A stretch of DNA of 63,958 nucleotides, filler included, from an uncultured Myxococcia bacterium (GTDB lineage: Bacteria; CAZTWC01): NCBI GenBank assembly GCA_964617105.1. It is 4 parts of 4 records of this genome, joined end to end, with 100 filler letters (N's around TTAATTAATTAA, not from the genome) between each part and the next. Parts side by side here need not be neighbours in the genome. Positions count along the whole stretch, not along the records: positions 1 to 18,829 come from CAZTWC010000044.1; positions 18,930 to 37,712 come from CAZTWC010000045.1; 2 more parts are not named here. The stretch is one strand, 5' to 3'. This document shows, piece after piece, positions 10,701-20,910 of the stretch (its first letter is position 1; every line of letters begins with the position of its first letter). A program made the translations under genes and the position numbers. The notes under the pieces were generated by a model. It saw nothing but the letters and a program-made list of their open reading frames with translations. It had not been told where the DNA came from and made no database searches.

Positions 10701-11678
10701 CTAATAAATGCTGATAAACAAAGCACCCTGCCCCATAGAGCGCTCCTTTTCTAATAACATATAAGCCGCTATACTACTGCTCAGCGCTGCCACCCCAACA
10801 ACCGACCAAAACCACCACTTATTATAGATCGGTTCCAACTTCACTATGGGCTTTTCCCCTTTGGAGGAGGGAACCACTTTTACCTGAAAGGGCTGCTTCT
10901 GGTTGCCACAAAGAGCGGGTACATTGTCCAGGTTGTCAATGGAAACAATATAATAGGAGAATAGCGGCGGGGATATTTGTTGACCAGGAATCACCGCCTG
11001 AAATAAATTATTATCCAGTTTTGCCATTATTTTTTTCTGATATTTTTGTTCCTCTTTGGTTCTGTACTTAACCATTGCCTCTTTTACGCCGCTTTTATCT
11101 CTTATTTTGGCCGATATTTTCAACTCCTCCCCTGCCTGCCCCAAAGGAACCGGTGTATGCTCTATCCGGGGAGAAAAAATATCTTCCATGGTTTCCCGGG
11201 CTTCATTAAAAGTATGGACAATCTTGGGGGAAAACATTTTTTCATCCAACACCATTTCCGGTGAAAAACGGAGAGTATTGGAGAAAGCCGCCACTGCCTG
11301 TTGGTGTTCACCCAATCCCAGGTGACACCTGCCAACTAAAAAATAGATGGCAGCAATAATCTCCCGGCCGGCTTTATCCTCTTGCGGCTCAACCGTTTCG
11401 ATCTTTTTCAACCCCACCAGAGCCTGCTGGTACTCCAACAATTCTAACAACTCCTTACCCTTATCATAAATAACCTGCAGATCCTTAAACCCCTTTGCTT
11501 TCGTATTTACACTGCCACTTTCTTTAGCAGCATCTGTTGCCACCTCCCTGAAAACCTCTTTTGGAGTTTCCCCCGGGACCTCCTCCTGAGCCAAACTCAC
11601 ATTAGCCAGTAGTAACAAAAGATAAATATAAGGAATAAAACGAATAATTTGTGGACTCATTTGTTCTTTAAAACTCAA
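10701..11678 (-). CDS. Secreted TPR protein with Ig-like domain and C-terminal membrane segment
   Basis: Signal peptide, TPR-like helices, PRIEHTPV..beta domain, PIYNKWWFW.VVG anchor typical of Myxococcota; overlaps kinase stop. Confidence 0.65.
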   Translation of the reverse strand: MSFKEQMSPQIIRFIPYIYLLLLLANVSLAQEEVPGETPKEVFREVATDAAKESGSVNTKAKGFKDLQVIYDKGKELLELLEYQQALVGLKKIETVEPQEDKAGREIIAAIYFLVGRCHLGLGEHQQAVAAFSNTLRFSPEMVLDEKMFSPKIVHTFNEARETMEDIFSPRIEHTPVPLGQAGEELKISAKIRDKSGVKEAMVKYRTKEEQKYQKKIMAKLDNNLFQAVIPGQQISPPLFSYYIVSIDNLDNVPALCGNQKQPFQVKVVPSSKGEKPIVKLEPIYNKWWFWSVVGVAALSSSIAAYMLLEKERSMGQGALFISIY

Positions 11679-13606
11679 TCTTTTTTGGCAATTATGGTAA
11701 TCAATTTCAAATTGAGTTTATACTCTTTCTTTTTAATGGGGCAATAAAAATTCAATACTTTATAAAAAGGCAACGGACCTTTCATGGTCATGGGAGTAGC
11801 CCCCAAAACCCGATCATTCTGCCGTAACTCGCTCCAGGGAGAAGTATCTACAGCCAATCTGACCAGAATCGATCTATCCTGGTTATCCTGGTTGCTAATT
11901 TTAAAACTTCCCTTTAGTCTAATAACAAAATCCCCCTCATTGTTTTTCATTGACATAAAAAAGGGTTGTCCTTTTTGAATGGTGATGGACACCGGAGTAG
12001 AGTCATGTTTTTGTCCATTGACACTTGCCGTTAGCCAGGGTTGGGCCTCTGCGATTATCTTTATGGGGTTTATCTCTGGAGGGGGTGTTACTTTGACCCT
12101 ATCTGCATTCTCTTTTTGAATTTCTTCCTTTCCCGGAGCCGCCACTTTATTTGAGGCCACTACCAGGGGCGCCTTTTTCTTTACCTTTCCGAATAGTCTT
12201 TGAGGTTTCTTTTCCTCTCTCCGGTTTACTGGTAAATTTTCCAGATTTTTATTAACGGCTTTCTCTTCCAGGCTTTTTGTCTTTTTAGTTTTATCTAATG
12301 AGCCTCCGGTTTCCACCTCCCGGGCATTCTCTTGGGGGGAGATGCTGACCACTTTGGAAGTATCCATCTTCTGAACGATCTCTTTAGGCTCCGAACGCCC
12401 TAACTCCTTATGGGGGTTTCCTTCATCCTTTTGAGTTAAAACATCAAACATTGATATCAATGAAATCATCAACACCCCTGCTAAAATGGCATAAACCTTT
12501 AATTTAGACTTTTGGGGCATTTTTTGTATGGGAGGGCTCTCAACCGGTGTATCAATCTTGCTTCTGCTTCCCTGGATAGTCGCCGGTATTGCCACCGAAG
12601 TTTCAACCGAAGAAATCCTGGTCGACACGGAGGACACCTCCCCCATCCCTATTTCCTCAATGACACTATTAGCTTCTTCTGCCTCTCTCTGTAAATCCTC
12701 GGCCAGATTATTTTTCAAAAACTGATAGAGAGAAATGGCGTTGCCCTGGATATTTTTATGGTGGCAATAGGTGTCTAACTCCTCTAAAAACTCCTGTGCA
12801 TTCTGAAATCGTTCCCAGGATGAATATTTTATGCTCTTGAGAATAATACTTTCCAATTCTGGTTCCAGGTGCTTGTTGTAGTAGCACAAGGGTTTAATCT
12901 CACCTGAACGGTTCTGTTGTAAAGTAATAAAAGAGCCGGTTTCCGAAAATAGTTTTATCCCGGTGAGCAACTCATACCCCACCACTCCCAAAGCATACAG
13001 GTCACTTCTATGGTCAACTTCCACACCGGTAAACTGCTCAGGAGACATGTAGGCTAATTTACCCTTTATGGTCCCCTCCATGGTGTGAGAGATAAAAGTG
13101 GTTGACTTAGCAATGCCAAAATCGGTAATTTTCACATCGCCCTGTGTGGAAATCAAAATATTCTGGGGGCTGATATCCCGGTGAATAAGACCAAGTTGAT
13201 TACCTTCTAAATCTTCGGTATTATAAGCATAATGAAGACCGCTACATACACTGCGCAAAATATGGATCACATCACCTACTGGTAATTGCAGACCTTGACG
13301 GCTCAGGTAATTGATCAGTTTCATAAGATCAATACCCTGGACATACTCCATAACCATATACAGAGTATCTCCCCAAAAACCGTAATCATAAACCTGAGTA
13401 ATATTACTGTGGTTGAGAAAGGCGGCTAACCGAGCCTCCCGATTGAACATCTCCCGAAACTCTTCGGATGCGGCCAAATGAGGAAGCATTTTCTTCAATA
13501 CCACCTTTTTAGCAAACCCTCCTGGTCCAGTTCGATGAGCCAGAAATATCTCCGCCATTCCACCGACAGCCAATCGATTTAATATTGTATAATCACCAAT
13601 CTGCAA
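11675..13606 (-). CDS. Membrane-anchored Hanks-type Ser/Thr protein kinase
   Basis: LAVGGMAEIF, VVLK, HRDISPQN, DFGIAK, GKLAYMSPEQ; TM helix; extracytoplasmic C-terminus; TTG start. Confidence 0.93.
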   Translation of the reverse strand: MQIGDYTILNRLAVGGMAEIFLAHRTGPGGFAKKVVLKKMLPHLAASEEFREMFNREARLAAFLNHSNITQVYDYGFWGDTLYMVMEYVQGIDLMKLINYLSRQGLQLPVGDVIHILRSVCSGLHYAYNTEDLEGNQLGLIHRDISPQNILISTQGDVKITDFGIAKSTTFISHTMEGTIKGKLAYMSPEQFTGVEVDHRSDLYALGVVGYELLTGIKLFSETGSFITLQQNRSGEIKPLCYYNKHLEPELESIILKSIKYSSWERFQNAQEFLEELDTYCHHKNIQGNAISLYQFLKNNLAEDLQREAEEANSVIEEIGMGEVSSVSTRISSVETSVAIPATIQGSRSKIDTPVESPPIQKMPQKSKLKVYAILAGVLMISLISMFDVLTQKDEGNPHKELGRSEPKEIVQKMDTSKVVSISPQENAREVETGGSLDKTKKTKSLEEKAVNKNLENLPVNRREEKKPQRLFGKVKKKAPLVVASNKVAAPGKEEIQKENADRVKVTPPPEINPIKIIAEAQPWLTASVNGQKHDSTPVSITIQKGQPFFMSMKNNEGDFVIRLKGSFKISNQDNQDRSILVRLAVDTSPWSELRQNDRVLGATPMTMKGPLPFYKVLNFYCPIKKKEYKLNLKLITIIAKKD

Positions 13607-13756
13607 TTAATTAGACCTGTTTTAAAAGAAATTTAAATATTGTATAAAAAGACCATCTTATGATATCATAACTCGCAATGAATATCTCAAAAAAAGTCGT
13701 AAATGAGACTTCCAGAAGGAGCAAACATCATAATTTAACGCAAATAAAGAGGCAGT

Positions 13757-15031
13757 ATGAAAAAGTGGCATAAAAAACTGGGGATTTTAATCAGCTGTTT
13801 TTTTATCCTAATCAACTTAAATTCCTTTTCTCTGGCCAAAGGCAAAAAAAAGAAAAGCCCAACAAAAAAACTCTGGGAATTTGACGTAGAAAATGGAGTA
13901 ATTAATCAACCGGTTTTTGACCATCGGGGAAATATTTTTCTTTCAGTGGATTCCGGCCTGGACGGCAAGTTAATATCCCTGTCTAAACATGGAAAAAAAA
14001 GATGGGAATTTGCCACCAAAGGGAGGCTTCTCGCCCCTCCGGCTATCGGCAAAAAAAACCAACTATATATTGGAGATGCTGGTGATTACTCTTTTAGTTC
14101 ACCAGAAAAATCTGGAAACAGTATCTATGCATTGAAAAAAGGGAAATTGCAGTGGACCTTTACAGTTGGAGGCAATATAAAAACCGCCCCCTTATACCTG
14201 TCCCCAGATTTAGTGGTGGTTGGAGCCATAGACGGCTACCTGTACGCCCTCACCCCGGGAAATTGTTTAAAAGGGGACAAGAATCATTCGGCAGGTACTT
14301 ACATAGAGCAAGAAACCAAATTCGGTTATGACCGGAAAAAAATCGATGACCCCCATAAGTGTCTAAAATGGCAACTCAATTTGAATGGTAAAATTACCAC
14401 CCTCAAAAAAGCGGTGGATAATTCGGTTATCTATGCACTGGAGAGTGAAACCAATAGTGTGTATGCTATAAATTTAGAGGGAAAAAAACTCTGGCAATTT
14501 AGTTTGCCTGGAAGCCATATCTACCACATTGCTAATGGTTGCGATCATAGTGTCTATCTGGCGGCAGGCAAACTAATCGCCATTGATGGAAAAGGAAAAA
14601 AACTCTGGGAGTGGGCGGCGGCAGATGTGGAGTTGGCCGGAATCTCCCAACCCTTGACTGTGGACAGTAAAGGAAACGTGCTGGTGGGGTTTGAAGATTA
14701 TTCTCTAGACAGTACCAGTTATTACCTATATGCCATTGGCAGCAAGGGAAAGTTGAGTTGGAGCCATAAAGTCACAGGGAAAATAAAATATAATTCAGCC
14801 GTGGATACAGCTGGCAATACCATTGTGGGCACAAAAAAGAATATGCTCTTTGCTACTGACCATAGGGGTAACGGTCTCTGGCAGGTGGAATTGAATAACG
14901 AGCCCATAGGCAAACCAGTGCTGACCAGCCGAGGCAAGATGCTGATTACCCTCTATAATCATAAAGTAATTATGTTCAAGTCTAACTTGAAAAAACCAGA
15001 TATTTGTAAATCCCCCGGCAAGAAAAAGTAG
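13757..15031 (+). CDS. Secreted PQQ-like beta-propeller repeat protein
   Basis: Signal peptide; repeated .YA....GK..W.F motifs. Confidence 0.8.
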   Translation: MKKWHKKLGILISCFFILINLNSFSLAKGKKKKSPTKKLWEFDVENGVINQPVFDHRGNIFLSVDSGLDGKLISLSKHGKKRWEFATKGRLLAPPAIGKKNQLYIGDAGDYSFSSPEKSGNSIYALKKGKLQWTFTVGGNIKTAPLYLSPDLVVVGAIDGYLYALTPGNCLKGDKNHSAGTYIEQETKFGYDRKKIDDPHKCLKWQLNLNGKITTLKKAVDNSVIYALESETNSVYAINLEGKKLWQFSLPGSHIYHIANGCDHSVYLAAGKLIAIDGKGKKLWEWAAADVELAGISQPLTVDSKGNVLVGFEDYSLDSTSYYLYAIGSKGKLSWSHKVTGKIKYNSAVDTAGNTIVGTKKNMLFATDHRGNGLWQVELNNEPIGKPVLTSRGKMLITLYNHKVIMFKSNLKKPDICKSPGKKK

Positions 15032-15081
15032 CAGGGGGCAAACTCTTTTTCGGAAAAAACCAAACGAAAAGGGCGTACCCA

Positions 15082-16218
15082 ATGAACTATTATAATATCC
15101 AATATTTTCCAGCCGGATCCACGATATTCAGAGAAGGCAACGAAGGAAATACCGCGTTTGTAATCAAAAAAGGCAAGGTGGAAATTTCCAAAGTGTTTGG
15201 CAGTAAAAGAGTTATTCTCGACCTATTCTCCCAGGGGTCAATATTCGGCGAAATGGCCCTCCTGGTTGACACCACCAGAACTGCCACTGCCACCGCTGTA
15301 GAAGACAGTGAACTGATAGTGATCAGCAAACGGCAACTTGACGATGTGCTAAACGAAGCACCGTCTCTTACCAAGACCCTGATTGTTTCCCTGGTGGAGC
15401 GTCTTAAAAATACCTCAAAAAAAGTTAATATTCTTAATAGCGACAACATTTTTTACAGCATCTGCCATATTTTAGCCATCTTATTTGAAAACAGTGAAAA
15501 TGAAGATCATTCGGTTAGTTTTCAAACCATCAGAGCCACTATTAAAAATATCCTCACTATCACCGAAATGGAGTTGCGCAGTATTATCGATAAACTGGTC
15601 GCTCTCAACTTGATTGAAAAAATTAAAGGCCCCAAGTCCCAGATAACCCTTCGCCTCTTAGATCAAGAAAATTTTATTACCAAAGTTCGACGTTTTCTCA
15701 AGGAGTTCTCTAGTTCAATGCCAAATTATCAAAACCAGATTACTGAAATGCTAGACCTGGTTGATATCGCCAAGTTGGTTGAAGTAGAGGAGGACAAAAT
15801 TCTAGCCAAAATTGCCAGTGGTGAATTCCCCAAAGAAATTTGCCTGTTTCCCAGGACCGCTTTCACAAAATGGATCGAAGAGGTGGGTAAAGACTCCTTT
15901 GATAAAAAATTTCGCCGGCGCAAAAAAGTGGAAGATTTTTGTGAATTAGCCGACATTATGTATGTCGACAACAACACCCTGCGGCAAGTATTGGGAACCA
16001 TTGACGTTTACAAATTATCCCGACTGATGAAAGACGCGGAAGACGAAATTGCCAAAAAAATAAAAAACTGCCTTTCCACCAAGGTAAAGGCCACTTTGGA
16101 AGAAGAGATCAAATATGTGGAAGAAGTTGACCCCCTAGAATTTGAAGATTATGAGGATGAACTGATCAATATGATTAAGGCTATTAAACTACAAAAAACT
16201 CCGCCCATTCAGGACTAG
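15082..16218 (+). CDS. cNMP-binding protein with Crp-like wHTH, HTH_17-like domain and C-terminal FliG-C-like domain
   Basis: IFREG..G, FGEMAL...RTATA phosphate-binding cassette; C-terminus DIMYVDNNTLRQVL..ID...L...MKDA..EI..KI..CLS......L.EEI resembles FliG_C. Confidence 0.75.
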   Translation: MNYYNIQYFPAGSTIFREGNEGNTAFVIKKGKVEISKVFGSKRVILDLFSQGSIFGEMALLVDTTRTATATAVEDSELIVISKRQLDDVLNEAPSLTKTLIVSLVERLKNTSKKVNILNSDNIFYSICHILAILFENSENEDHSVSFQTIRATIKNILTITEMELRSIIDKLVALNLIEKIKGPKSQITLRLLDQENFITKVRRFLKEFSSSMPNYQNQITEMLDLVDIAKLVEVEEDKILAKIASGEFPKEICLFPRTAFTKWIEEVGKDSFDKKFRRRKKVEDFCELADIMYVDNNTLRQVLGTIDVYKLSRLMKDAEDEIAKKIKNCLSTKVKATLEEEIKYVEEVDPLEFEDYEDELINMIKAIKLQKTPPIQD

Positions 16219-16246
16219 ATCCTATAGAAATGTTTCATAAAACAAT

Positions 16247-18829
16247 ATGCCCCCCACCCACAAACATACAAACCACGACCAAACTCTATCAAAAGAAAAA
16301 ACCTGCTCTTTTTGTTTAACCAAATTATACGCTAATTCTATCTTTTGCCATAAATGTGGATCGGAACTTAAAGGCCATTACCAGGAAGTTATCACTTGTC
16401 AACTGTGCCAGGAACGGTTGTTGCCCCAATCTCTTTTTTGCCATAAATGTGGTCATCGCCAGGGACAGCCTTCCATCTCCGACCAAAAAGATATCCAATG
16501 GGGGGAACGAAAAACTGTTACTGTTCTGTTTGCTGATGTGGTGGGATTTACCAAACTGACAGAACAAATGGACCCAGAAGATGTCCGGGATATGATGGAT
16601 CGGTGTTTCAAGGTAGTTTCCCGGGAAATAAAAATAAAGGGTGGTAATGTCAACAAGTATATCGGTGATGCAGTACTAGCCATCTTTGGAGCGCCGTTGG
16701 CTCACGATAATGACCCGGAAAGAGCGGTTAACGCCAGCCTAGATATTCAAAAGGCATTAAAAGATTTGAACCAGGAAATGATGACCAACCTGGGCGTTAA
16801 AATCCATATGCGTATTGGGTTAAATACCGGAAAAGTGCTGGCGGGCTATATCGGTGACGAGGAAAAACGGGAATATACCGTAATGGGAGATACGGTTAAC
16901 CTGGCATCCAGGCTGGAATCTTGTTGCCGTCCAGATCAGGTATTGATTAGCAACTCAACTTTCAGAGCCATCAGAAATCGTTTTAAATGCAAATCATTAG
17001 ACCCCATTAATCTCAAAGGTAAAAGTGAACCAGTGGCAACCTACGAGGTGCTTTATCCTCTAAGCGGTGTGCGGCACAAAAAACTGTTTAAAGTGCATGG
17101 GGTGATCACCGAACTTATCGGGCGAAAAAAAGAGTTTGATTCAATCAAAATTAATTTTAACCAAAGTATTGACCAAAAATCCTGCCAAATCGTTACTGTA
17201 ATCGGCTCCGCAGGCATGGGCAAAAGTCGGTTAGCCGAAGAGTATAGGCTCTATCTCAATTCACTCCCTTACCAGGTAAATATTGAAAAAGGGTTTTTTA
17301 CCCAGGATATGGCTCCCTCTTTAAGGGTTTCGCCGATATAATCAAGCATAAGGCTGACATACGAGAGAGTGACCAGGCAGAAAAAGCCCGGGTCAAACTG
17401 CTTAAAATGGTGGGTAATATTTTCGCTCCCGAAGACCCCCAAGAGCAACAGAAATCTAAACTGGCGAACCGTATTGGCAAACTCTTTCCTTTGGGTGCCA
17501 ATAAAATCAAACAGAAGATGGAAAACGCCATCATTGAAGAAAACACCCATTTTATCGGCCAACTAATTGGCCTCGATTTTCCAGGCAGCCCATATATTGA
17601 ACCAATTAAAGATGACCCCCGCCAAATCCTGATGCGTTCTTTTCGCATCTTAGCGGCAATGTTCAACCGCATGGCGGAGAAAGCGCCCATGGTGATATTT
17701 CTGGAAGATATCCACTGGGCTCAAAATATCGCCCTGGAATTGATAAATTTTCTCTGCACCACCATTAAAGAGCGAACGATTTTTTTCTTCTGCCTGGCCC
17801 GGCCCGAATTGTATCAGCGCAGCCACGATTGGGGTCGGGAATCTGATTTGCATACCATGCTGGATCTAAAGCCTTTGACCGAAAACGATATCCTCGAATT
17901 TGGCCGGCAAATTCTGCACAAAATGGAAACCATCCCTTCTCGGTTGCTGCAAATAATAAAAAGCCATTCAGAGGGCAATCCTTTTTTTGTGGAGGAAATA
18001 ATCAAAAACTTTATCGAAGATGGAGTGATTGAGATCTCTGAAAATGACCGTATCTGGAAGGCCAATGAAGATCTATTGGATCTTTCAGCAGTTCCCAATA
18101 CTATTGAAGGTGTAGTTCAGGCCCGGCTGGATCGGCTTCCTCCGGACGAAAAAATGATCATTCAAAAAGGGTCGGCAATTGGCCGGGTTTTCTGGATCGG
18201 AGCACTTAAGGCTATGGATGAAAGTGCTGCTGAAAAAGCCCTGGACAAACTTCAGGATAAAGAATTGGTGTTCCAAAAATCCACCTCCAGTTTTGAAGGT
18301 GATCGCGAATATATCTTCAAGCATCAACTAACCCAGATGGTGGCTTATGAAAATACTTTAAAAAATTTGCGCCGCCTCTACCATGAAATAATCGGAAAGT
18401 GGTTAATCGAAGTAAGTGGTGAACGAATAGATGAATATTACAGCATGATCGCCAACCACTTTGAGAAAGCGAAAAACTGGGAGACCGCCTTTGCTTACTA
18501 CGCCAAGGCCGGTGATCAAGCCAAAGATATCTATACCAATAAAGGAGCTATTGACCATTATAAATTGGGGCTGTCGTTACTTCAAAAGTTAGTCCATACT
18601 CCCAAAAACGCCATAATCGCCATTACTATGCACGAAGGGCTGGCCGATGTCTATCAGTTAGTGGGTGATTACGATGAAGCCATCCGGCAATATCAAAATG
18701 CCCTGGACACTCTGATTAGATACAACTCCGACCAACCGGGCTCTGGAAGAAAAGTTGACAGAAAAGAAGGCTCTCTCTCCCTGGCGGAAGCCAGAGCAGA
18801 GTTTACCCGTAAAACCGGATGGGTTTATC
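16247..18829 (+). CDS. Double zinc ribbon + class III adenylate cyclase + AAA (STAND-like) + TPR protein; frameshift near 17294-17299; 3' truncated by contig end
   Basis: CxxC pairs; ERKTVTVLFADVVGFT, NKYIGDA, YTVMGDTVNLASRLE; GSAGMGKS P-loop; the -1 frame continues YPGYGSLFKGFADII...LEDIHWA, GNPFFVEE into ORF 17407. Confidence 0.88.
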
Positions 18830-18929
18830 NNNNNNNNNNNNNNNNNNNNNNNNNNNNNNNNNNNNNNNNNNNNTTAATTAATTAANNNNNNNNNNNNNNN
18901 NNNNNNNNNNNNNNNNNNNNNNNNNNNNN
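18830..18929. other. Artificial contig linker N44-TTAATTAATTAA-N44
   Basis: 100 nt, stops in all six frames, identical at three places. Confidence 0.97.
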
Positions 18930-18995
18930 CAATAGTTGCTTCACCCCATCCAATCTTGACTTAGTTTAGCGATTTGCATTCCTTACCAGGCGGTC

Positions 18996-19028
18996 CCCGG
19001 GTTGACCTCTAGGTTGAAATTTGCCACA
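18996..19028. repeat. Dispersed 33-bp repeat, copy 1 (copy 2 at 60996-61028)
   Basis: cccgggttgacctctaggttgaaatttgccaca, 30/33 identical to 60996-61028. Confidence 0.8.
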
Positions 19029-19072
19029 AGATAGCCTCATAGATCTTATCTATGTCAATAAAATGTGTTACA

Positions 19073-19095
19073 GAGGGGCATGAACCTGGTTAATC
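19073..19095. repeat. Solo copy of the MITE-like inner inverted-repeat end
   Basis: gaggggcatgaacctggttaatc is the exact reverse complement of 36240-36262. Confidence 0.85.
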
Positions 19096-19101
19096 TACGG
19101 G

Positions 19102-19944
19102 TTACTTTGTTGACATTGCTTCGTACTCTTCTTCCAGTATATCCACAATAGTTTCTACATCCATTTTCCCGTGATATTTACGACCGTTGATAAACAGGGT
19201 GGGGGTGGATTTGACCCCGTTTCTGATCCCCTCTTTTTTACTTTGCACCAAATTCTTCCTGCTCTTTTTTTGCTTATATATGTTACTAAATCGTTTTTCA
19301 TCCAGGCCCACCTCTTTGGCCCAGTTTTTCAGTTGGTTGAGAGAAAATTGGTCATACATTACGTATAAATATCTGACATAAGGCCAGAATTTATTTTGTT
19401 CCGCCGCGGCCAGCAAGGCCAATCCCCCTTCCACTGAATGGGGATGGCTGCTAAGGGGAAAAATACGAAAATAGAGTTTTACTTTACCTTTTAATTTTCC
19501 CTTTTCAATCTCATCCATTATATTAACCGTAAGAATCCGGCAAAAGGGGCAGCGTGTACAGGCGTACATAACTAGTTGCACTGGGGCGTCAATTTGGCCA
19601 AAAGGCTTTATACTTTTAAGATCAAAAAGATATTTTTTAGGTTGGGACATCATACTCAAGCCTCTTTTATTCACTGCCCGGGTAATATATTTTGCTTGAT
19701 ACCCCTCTTTGGCCAGGCGGCAGATAAAATCGGCTAGCCGCACCGCCAATTTGCAGGGTTTTTTCACCTTTAGACAGCGGTTTATAGTTTTATCGCAACA
19801 ACGATAGGGATGCAGATTGTCCAACAATTTAAGGACCATCTCTTTTTTTTCACCGATTAATTTTTGGCATAAAGGGGTAGAGGACCAGCCATTGACAGAC
19901 CACAAAATAACCATTGCCAAACAAAACCATATCAACCGTGGCAT
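19102..19944 (-). CDS. DsbA-family thioredoxin-fold protein with Cys-rich N-terminal domain
   Basis: Signal peptide, CPFC, FPL..HP.S, Q.KFW, GV.STPTLFINGR. Confidence 0.85.
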   Translation of the reverse strand: MPRLIWFCLAMVILWSVNGWSSTPLCQKLIGEKKEMVLKLLDNLHPYRCCDKTINRCLKVKKPCKLAVRLADFICRLAKEGYQAKYITRAVNKRGLSMMSQPKKYLFDLKSIKPFGQIDAPVQLVMYACTRCPFCRILTVNIMDEIEKGKLKGKVKLYFRIFPLSSHPHSVEGGLALLAAAEQNKFWPYVRYLYVMYDQFSLNQLKNWAKEVGLDEKRFSNIYKQKKSRKNLVQSKKEGIRNGVKSTPTLFINGRKYHGKMDVETIVDILEEEYEAMSTK

Positions 19945-19967
19945 CTATTTCTCCTTTTGAGATTGGC

Positions 19968-19997
19968 TTGACAGAGCACCTTATAAATAGATATTAT
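19968..19997 (+). promoter_or_regulatory. Putative sigma70 promoter for HAD gene
   Basis: TTGACA-N18-TATTAT in divergent intergenic region. Confidence 0.4.
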
Positions 19998-20083
19998 AAC
20001 AGAAATAAAATTGCCCAGGGGGATTTTTCCAGGGCAACTCACGGGAATCCAGGCCATCCCCGGAAAATAAAGGGAGAATTTAG

Positions 20084-20779
20084 ATGAAAGTTTTACTGTT
20101 CGATATTGATGGGACTTTAGTCAACACCGCCAGGGTAGGAACCAGGGCGTTGGATAGGACTTTTAACTCTCTTTTCGGTTGGCAGGACGCCGGCCAGCAG
20201 GTGGAGATGGCCGGTCGTACCGATTTGGCTATCTGTAGAGATATTCTGAAAAAAAATGGAATTGTTAATTCTTCGGAACAAACCTCACTATTGTCTAAAA
20301 TCAAAGCAACTTATCTACAGTGTTTGGACCAGGAGATTTCAAAATCAACTACCCATTGCCTTATGCCCGGGATTTTGGAACTGTTGAAAATATTGCACAA
20401 GCAGGAGCACCTGTTGGTAGGGCTATTAACCGGCAATATCGAAGAGGGCGCCCAGCGCAAGTTATCCATGTTTGGCATAGAGAACTACTTTTCCTTTGGT
20501 GCTTTTGGCAGTGACAGTGAGTTTCGTCAGGATTTAGTTCCCCTGGCCAAAGCGCGGGCCGAAAAAATTTGTGGGCATGCTCTGGGAATGGATAGTAATA
20601 TCTGGGTCATCGGCGATACTCCCCGGGATATCCAGTGCGCCCGGGCCAACGGTGTTTTTGCGGTGGCAGTGGCAACCGGTTTTGTCCATGCTTACCATGA
20701 TTTGGAGCAGGAAAAACCGGACCTGCTGATAAAGGATTTTTCTGCTCCCCAAACTTTTCTACAAAGGCTGGTGGAATAA
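20084..20779 (+). CDS. HAD-superfamily hydrolase (phosphoglycolate phosphatase-like)
   Basis: LLFDIDGTL, LLTGN, IGDTPRD motifs. Confidence 0.92.
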   Translation: MKVLLFDIDGTLVNTARVGTRALDRTFNSLFGWQDAGQQVEMAGRTDLAICRDILKKNGIVNSSEQTSLLSKIKATYLQCLDQEISKSTTHCLMPGILELLKILHKQEHLLVGLLTGNIEEGAQRKLSMFGIENYFSFGAFGSDSEFRQDLVPLAKARAEKICGHALGMDSNIWVIGDTPRDIQCARANGVFAVAVATGFVHAYHDLEQEKPDLLIKDFSAPQTFLQRLVE

Positions 20780-20910
20780 CTATCTCTTTGTTTGAAATAA
20801 TTGATATATTATTTCCCAATTTTCTGGCCCGGTAATTATTTCTATGTTATTATATCACAGAATAGGATTTGATCTTACGCTGTTTATTATTTACCAAGAA
20901 GGAGAAAGAG

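Noticed and set aside
18874-18885. TTAATTAATTAA palindrome recurring three times at about 18.7-kb spacing
   Set aside because: Embedded in N44 runs; artificial six-frame-stop linker
20011-20066. GC-rich hairpins upstream of the HAD gene as a riboswitch
   Set aside because: Stem TTGCCC/GGGCAA is present but I recognise no riboswitch consensus
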